Positions 58,921 to 64,000 of a stretch of 64,000 bases of DNA are shown here, in pieces. The notes below the pieces were generated by a model. That model saw only the letters and a list, made by a program, of their open reading frames with translations. It searched no databases and was not told where the DNA came from. The stretch is taken from NCBI GenBank assembly GCA_964544585.1, contig CAZJBV010000001.1, positions 119,717 to 183,716 on the forward strand. Reading direction: 5' to 3'. Both the position numbers and the translations under genes were made by a program. How positions within the stretch are numbered: the first letter of the stretch is position 1; the number at the start of each line of letters is the position of its first letter. This stretch comes from an uncultured Gammaproteobacteria bacterium. GTDB lineage: Bacteria; Patescibacteriota; Microgenomatia; 2-02-FULL-39-11.

Positions 58921-60495
58921 TTAAAATAGAGGTTCCTGATTTACTTTACCATTTTTTGGATTAGAAACATAAGCTCCATTTAATCTTTTTTTGGCAATCT
59001 CGCAAAATTCACTGGAAATTTCAAAACCAATATATTTTCTATTAAGATTCTTTGCCGCAATAGCGGTCGAACCGGAACCAAGAAATGGATCCATAATAAC
59101 CTGACCATCTTTTGTTACAAGCCTAATTAAATATTCTAATAACTCCACTGGCTTCTGTGCTTCGTGTAGTCCTCCTTCGCCTTTGCCAAAACCAAACTGT
59201 AGAATATTTGTCGGAGATTTTCCGTTGATTAAAGACGCATCTATATTCATGGCTCCTACTTTATTTTTTAGTACATTATCTGTAATTGTAATTTCATAGG
59301 GTTTAAATAACCAGGCAATCGGTTCATATTTTGGCGCGAGATTACCAACCTTCCAACCTTCCCATTCCTTTGCTTCTTCTACCAATCCTCTTTTCTTAAT
59401 AATTTCACTTATATATTGAGCTCTGTGATGAGCATTTGGTTTTTCCCAAGCTAGGATATCTCTTAACAGAAACCCACTATCTTCAAGAGCTATAATTGCC
59501 CTGTGCAGAGTTCTTCTTGCGCCGAAAATAAATATACTTGCGCCTTCTTTTAAAGAAGGGTAGAGCTTTTTTGCCCACGAATAACACCATTCTTGGTATT
59601 CTTTTGGGATATTTCTGTCTGCGCTTGACCACCCATTAATAGGTTTTCCTCTTCTCCGAAATGCCTTTTTGCCTATCTGTGCAGGTGATTGTCCTAAAAG
59701 GGCGGAGTTTGTGTTAGCGTGTAAAACATCCCATTCATCCAGTGATATTCCATAAGGAATATCCGACAGAACTAGATCTATTGAATCCGGCTTCACCTTA
59801 TCTAGAAGTTCTATAGCATCACCACAAAGAATTTGATTTTCTTCAATATATTCGGATGGACTAACTTTATTTTCAGTTTCTGGAGGTAAATTAGTTTTGG
59901 TATTGAGATTTTTAATAATGTCAATAACAATTCCTTGCACAATTAAATTTTCTGGATCAACAAAAAATGGATCTAAACTTGAATTTGCTGGCTGAAGTCT
60001 TATTTTTCCTCTTTCCCTATATAATTTTTTCAAAGTTACTTCTGAATTGTTTATTAATGCAACTACTTTTTGTCCATTATCGGCTGTAGGTTGGCTTTTT
60101 ACTATTACTATATCTCCATGATCAATATTTTCATCAATCATACTTTGTCCAGCAACACGTAGGCCGTAGAAATCACCATTTTTCGGTATTTTTGATTTTG
60201 GTACTGCTATAAACTCTTTATCTTCAATAGCTAAAATTGGTTGTCCCGCAGCAATAGTGCCAAGCAGAGGAATCTGTACCATTTGCATCTCATCATACAC
60301 ATCAATTGCCCGAGGCTGATTTTCTTCTTTTCTTAACAAACCCAAATCTTCTAATGCCTTGACGTGATGATGGGCTGTTGAAACAGAGGATAGCCTTAAA
60401 TGCTTCTTTATTTCTTCCAAAGAAGGAGCATAACCATGTTTAGTTTTGTAGGATTTTATATATTCCAGAACTTGCTTTTGTCTTTTTGTAATCAT
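58921..60495 (-). CDS. LexA repressor fused to beta-class N6/N4 DNA methyltransferase
   Basis: LexA HTH (PSLEEI...SSVST..HH), IAAGQP, GQSM, VTLKK; then DIPY, H..QKP, DPFLGSGS. Confidence 0.9.
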   Translation of the reverse strand: MITKRQKQVLEYIKSYKTKHGYAPSLEEIKKHLRLSSVSTAHHHVKALEDLGLLRKEENQPRAIDVYDEMQMVQIPLLGTIAAGQPILAIEDKEFIAVPKSKIPKNGDFYGLRVAGQSMIDENIDHGDIVIVKSQPTADNGQKVVALINNSEVTLKKLYRERGKIRLQPANSSLDPFFVDPENLIVQGIVIDIIKNLNTKTNLPPETENKVSPSEYIEENQILCGDAIELLDKVKPDSIDLVLSDIPYGISLDEWDVLHANTNSALLGQSPAQIGKKAFRRRGKPINGWSSADRNIPKEYQEWCYSWAKKLYPSLKEGASIFIFGARRTLHRAIIALEDSGFLLRDILAWEKPNAHHRAQYISEIIKKRGLVEEAKEWEGWKVGNLAPKYEPIAWLFKPYEITITDNVLKNKVGAMNIDASLINGKSPTNILQFGFGKGEGGLHEAQKPVELLEYLIRLVTKDGQVIMDPFLGSGSTAIAAKNLNRKYIGFEISSEFCEIAKKRLNGAYVSNPKNGKVNQEPLF

Positions 60496-60500
60496 AGATA

Positions 60501-60559
60501 TTGACAGCTCAAGAATAATTCTATACAATTAGGTTAATCGAAAATGAATCGAAAGTCAA
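60501..60559. promoter_or_regulatory. Overlapping face-to-face sigma70 promoters
   Basis: + strand TTGACA(60501)-N17-TACAAT; - strand TTGACT(60559)-N17-TAACCT. Confidence 0.7.
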
Positions 60560-60602
60560 GTGGTTAAAATTTAACCTGAAGATTAAAGGGGGTGATGAAA
60601 AT

Positions 60603-60815
60603 ATGACTCATCGTAAAGGATCAAAACCAAATCATAAAGGAGAGCAGTGGACAGAATCACAAGTTGAGCGTCTTGAGAATTTGGCTAAAAGGAATACACC
60701 TACCCCTTTAATTGCAGATGCATTAGGTAGAACGGAGGGGGCAATAAGATCTAAAACATCGGAAGAGAATATTTCTCTTAAGCCAATCAATAAATCTCCC
60801 TATAGTAGAAGGTAA
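60603..60815 (+). CDS. Small Myb/GcrA-like HTH protein
   Basis: WT..Q...L..LA..NTPT..IA..LGRT..AI.SK; SD GGGGGTGA. Confidence 0.8.
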   Translation: MTHRKGSKPNHKGEQWTESQVERLENLAKRNTPTPLIADALGRTEGAIRSKTSEENISLKPINKSPYSRR

Positions 60816-60836
60816 AATAGAATTGATAAAGCAATT

Positions 60837-61814
60837 ATGGACTTATTTTCGAAAGTCAAACCATCACTTTTTATAGCCCGTCCTTGGGATACATCCTTTG
60901 CTGAACTTTATGAACCCATTAAGAAAAACCTCGTTGGTAAATGGGAAATTAATGACGGCCCCCTTATAGTTAAAGAAGATGAGGCTCAAGCAGAAAGAGA
61001 AATGTTCATAGGTAGAAACAAGCAACTGTACGAACAGATTGTTTTAGGGATAAAGAAGTCAGATGTCTTTATTGCCGATGTAACAAATGCTAATGCAAAC
61101 GTTATGATGGAATTAGGAATTGCAATACAACTAAACAAAAATGTCATTATAGTGACAGGGCAAGATAGGAATAGACTCCCGTTTGATATACAGGGTTTTA
61201 AAGCAGAAAAATATGATAATATAAATGACCTCGGTGAAAAAATTGGAAATGGACTTTCTTTATATTTATCAATAAAAGAACAGAATTTTGATAAGCCCTT
61301 TCCAGAAAACCACATACCTATATCTGATGGGAAATTAACGGGACTTAGGGCAATAATGCCGATTCAACTTTCCAAACCTATTAAAAATTTAAAGCTGAGA
61401 ATCGAATACAAATTTGTAAATAAATCTGATGATCAGGATTGGCTAGGAATACATTTGCGAGCATCTCCCTCTATTCAACCTTCTGAATTAGTGTATGTTA
61501 GATCAAATGGTAGCTTAGAGATTGTAACGCTCCCTACCAGACCTGCACCCTCGGTAGGAGTAGATAAAGAAAATATAGATAACAGGTTAGAAGATGGATA
61601 CACTAGATTAGAACTAATTCTTGATGGCAATAAATTACTGGCCGCTACCTCAACTAAAGAGTTATATGACGATTTAATTCAAATAGAATCGTTCGGCAGT
61701 ATATTTCTTCAGGCAAATGGACATAGCCAAGATCCACAAAAACGAGAGAGTCTTGAGATTGATTTTAGAAATTTTGAAATTATTAATATAGATACGACAA
61801 GTCCTAACTCGTAA
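60837..61814 (+). CDS. TIR/nucleoside deoxyribosyltransferase-like domain plus beta-rich C-domain
   Basis: I..SDVFIADVT..NANVMMELGIA, LPFDI. Confidence 0.72.
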   Translation: MDLFSKVKPSLFIARPWDTSFAELYEPIKKNLVGKWEINDGPLIVKEDEAQAEREMFIGRNKQLYEQIVLGIKKSDVFIADVTNANANVMMELGIAIQLNKNVIIVTGQDRNRLPFDIQGFKAEKYDNINDLGEKIGNGLSLYLSIKEQNFDKPFPENHIPISDGKLTGLRAIMPIQLSKPIKNLKLRIEYKFVNKSDDQDWLGIHLRASPSIQPSELVYVRSNGSLEIVTLPTRPAPSVGVDKENIDNRLEDGYTRLELILDGNKLLAATSTKELYDDLIQIESFGSIFLQANGHSQDPQKRESLEIDFRNFEIINIDTTSPNS

Positions 61815-62487
61815 ATTATATTTTTATTTTTTAACCTTTGAAGCGGCTCCGCCGCCCCCGCCCTGTTGGGGATAATTTCCCTTAAAGGAGGGCTGCCGTC
61901 AGAAAAACTTTCAAGTAGGGAGCTAAAAGAAAATCTGGGATAGGCAGCCCGACAAACGCGAGAGCCGAGAGGAATATTTTCGGATTATAGAAAAACTCGG
62001 CTCGAGCCATCGGAATCAGTAGCGTAGCGAGCTCTCGAGAGCGAGCAAGCGGTGGGAAGCAGAAGGGGTACAAATAATAAAGGCGGGGGCGAAAAGCGGA
62101 ATACCCCCGCAACGGCAGGAGATACTAAAACAGAAAAAGGGGAGGCGAGGAGCGGCCGAAGGCTATTTTGTTCTTCGCTCCTCGCCGTGGTAGAGACTGT
62201 AAAGCGAAAATAGAAAACCCCTAATATGGGAAAGGCTCCCCCTAGGGAGCCCTCTCGCCCAAAAGCGGGGGTGCCGCTTCCTTTTAATTGGGTGGGAGGG
62301 ATGATGGGAATTTGTACCAGCGTATAGATATATGTTTTTAAAGGGAGCGTTAAGTTAGTTTTCCGCGGATGGGTGGGTTGGGCCAAGGAAAACATTTGTG
62401 TTTTTGTTACTTTACCTGTCCGCGTCAGCGGACTATAATAAATAAAAATCGCGCGCATTTCTGTCTTTGCAAAAAATACTAGAGCGA

Positions 62488-62578
62488 GGCCAAAGGCCGA
62501 GCGGATAAGATGGCGCGCGTAGCGCGCCTACCGATTCGACTTAAAGCGAGTTCGGATTTTTTTAAAAAGGTCGACAGA
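62488..62578 (+). repeat. Inverted repeat B' (91 bp)
   Basis: Reverse complement of 57614-57704 with 1 mismatch. Confidence 0.93.
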
Positions 62579-62651
62579 ATACGAATTCACAGAAGAAGAG
62601 TCACGGAGGCTCTGCGCGGGTGGGGGCGGGGGGGATCCTTCAAGAATTGAA

Positions 62652-63314
62652 TCAATTGCAGTTCCAATAACAAAAGGTAATTTTGCCAGTAATACTTTCT
62701 CTGGGAATAAATCCTATAAATCTAGAATCGGCACTATTGGGTCTATTGTCTCCTAAGACAAAATAATGACCGGAAGGAATAGTAACTTCATTATCCTCAG
62801 GAAGAAAAGTTCCCCCCATTGTCGTTATATTTGGGGGGAGGTATTTACTATCATCTAATTTTTTACCATTTATGTATACTTGACCACCTTGAATCATCAC
62901 TTTTTCACCTGGTAATCCTATGACTCTTTTGAAATAGTCGATATCTTTATTATCAGGTGCCTGAAATACAACAACATCATATCGATTGATCGTATCACTA
63001 GAGTAGACAACTTTAGCCACATAATATTGACCATCTTTATAAGAAGGATTCATCGCGATTCCCTTTATTTGAATTGGTTTAATAAAGAAGAGATATGTTA
63101 CAACACCAAATGACAAGGCTAATAATAATGCTAAGGGGAGAGTAAGAAGTATTTTAAGCCATTTGGGCCAGAAGGTAAATCGCCACATGATAATTATGCC
63201 AATTATAAATAGTAGGTTCCATATAATTCCTAGAACTAGTAATACAATTGTGATGATTGTAATCGTAGTTGGAGAAATACGGGCTTTGGATTGGAATTTA
63301 CTTGGCATAAACAA
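62652..63314 (-). CDS. lepB: Signal peptidase I homolog
   Basis: DVVVF, KRVIGLPG, GDNRPNSADSR; catalytic Ser motif reads GIAMNP. Confidence 0.85.
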   Translation of the reverse strand: MFMPSKFQSKARISPTTITIITIVLLVLGIIWNLLFIIGIIIMWRFTFWPKWLKILLTLPLALLLALSFGVVTYLFFIKPIQIKGIAMNPSYKDGQYYVAKVVYSSDTINRYDVVVFQAPDNKDIDYFKRVIGLPGEKVMIQGGQVYINGKKLDDSKYLPPNITTMGGTFLPEDNEVTIPSGHYFVLGDNRPNSADSRFIGFIPRESITGKITFCYWNCN

Positions 63315-63424
63315 TTCTATTCAAAAAGCAATATATGTTTATTTTATATTATCATAAAACAGAAATAAGGGACCGCAATTTTTTGTAATATATTGCAATA
63401 TATTGGAAAATATTGGAAGATGCA

Positions 63425-64000
63425 ATGAATAATTTGGGAATTACACTTGTATTGGGGCTTTTGTTGGGGCTTAAGCATGCGATGGAAGCAGATCATGTGG
63501 TGGCGGTGACGACGCTTCTTACCGAATATAAAAATCTGTGGAAATCTTCACTGGTGGGGATGTTTTGGGGACTTGGGCATACGACGATTCTTTTTGTCAT
63601 AGGGTTGGTAGTTCTAATGCTTAGAATAAATATTCCAAAAAATGTGTCGCTTTTTTTCGAAACTTTGGTGGGAGTGATGCTTGTAATTTTGGGTATAAGG
63701 GCTATTGTTGTAGGATCGTCAATACATATCCATAAGCATAAACATGAAAGTTTAGAGCATAGTCATGTCCATAGCGGTTTACATCACAGATCGTTTCTAA
63801 TTGGTGTTGTTTATGGAATAGCTGGCAGTGGAGCATTGATGCTTTTGGTTTTGACTTCGATTAATTCGATAGTTTTGGGACTGATTTATATAATTGTCTT
63901 TGGTATTGGATCTATTGCAGGAATGATGGGGATGAGTTTTGTTATTGGACTGCCGGTGTATTTTAGTATGCGAAAATTTAAGGCAATTGAATCGTGGATT
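63425..64000 (+). CDS. NicO/UreH-like nickel/cobalt transporter (3' partial, not in ORF track)
   Basis: MNNLG...GLKHAMEADHVVAV, WGLGH, His-rich loop, GIAGS. Confidence 0.85.
   Translation, partial: MNNLGITLVLGLLLGLKHAMEADHVVAVTTLLTEYKNLWKSSLVGMFWGLGHTTILFVIGLVVLMLRINIPKNVSLFFETLVGVMLVILGIRAIVVGSSIHIHKHKHESLEHSHVHSGLHHRSFLIGVVYGIAGSGALMLLVLTSINSIVLGLIYIIVFGIGSIAGMMGMSFVIGLPVYFSMRKFKAIESWI

Larger units (their letters stand above)
55913..62578. mobile_element. Integrative island at the tRNA-Pro 3' end
   Basis: 7 bp direct repeat CGACAGA at 55913-55919 and 62572-62578; recombinase plus R-M cargo; long inverted repeats. Confidence 0.85.

Noticed and set aside
61882-62458. Minus-strand ORFs of 76 and 157 aa
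   Set aside because: No motifs; they look like chance ORFs in GC-rich structured DNA.

Overview
This is a low-GC, gene-dense bacterial window whose gene content and repeat style suggest Patescibacteria/CPR (Microgenomates-like; inferred, no marker search run). From left to right it holds a 2-oxoacid:ferredoxin oxidoreductase, ferredoxin and SUF Fe-S cluster operon (SufB carries a LAGLIDADG intein), mixed metabolic genes, tRNA-Gln, era, rdgB, gltX, a ppcA-aspartate aminotransferase-aspS operon, recJ, cca, secDF, RNase P RNA, miaA/miaB, an ABC-2 transporter, HU, rny, recX, recA and tRNA-Pro. A 6.7 kb serine-recombinase island sits at the tRNA-Pro 3' end. Main findings: (1) The island has an A-recombinase-A'/B-cargo-B' inverted-repeat layout. 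Excision would give a circle with two inverted 187 bp att-containing repeats, and excision or inversion would swap the recombinase C-terminus. Its cargo is a HindIII-like restriction-modification system with a LexA-methyltransferase fusion. (2) An Asp-specific T-box riboswitch with an ultrashort Stem I and a terminator precedes ppcA-aspC-aspS. (3) Several families of short structured repeats and heptamer arrays have entered intergenic regions, RNAs and conserved proteins in frame. All calls come from reading the sequence by eye; no database searches were run.
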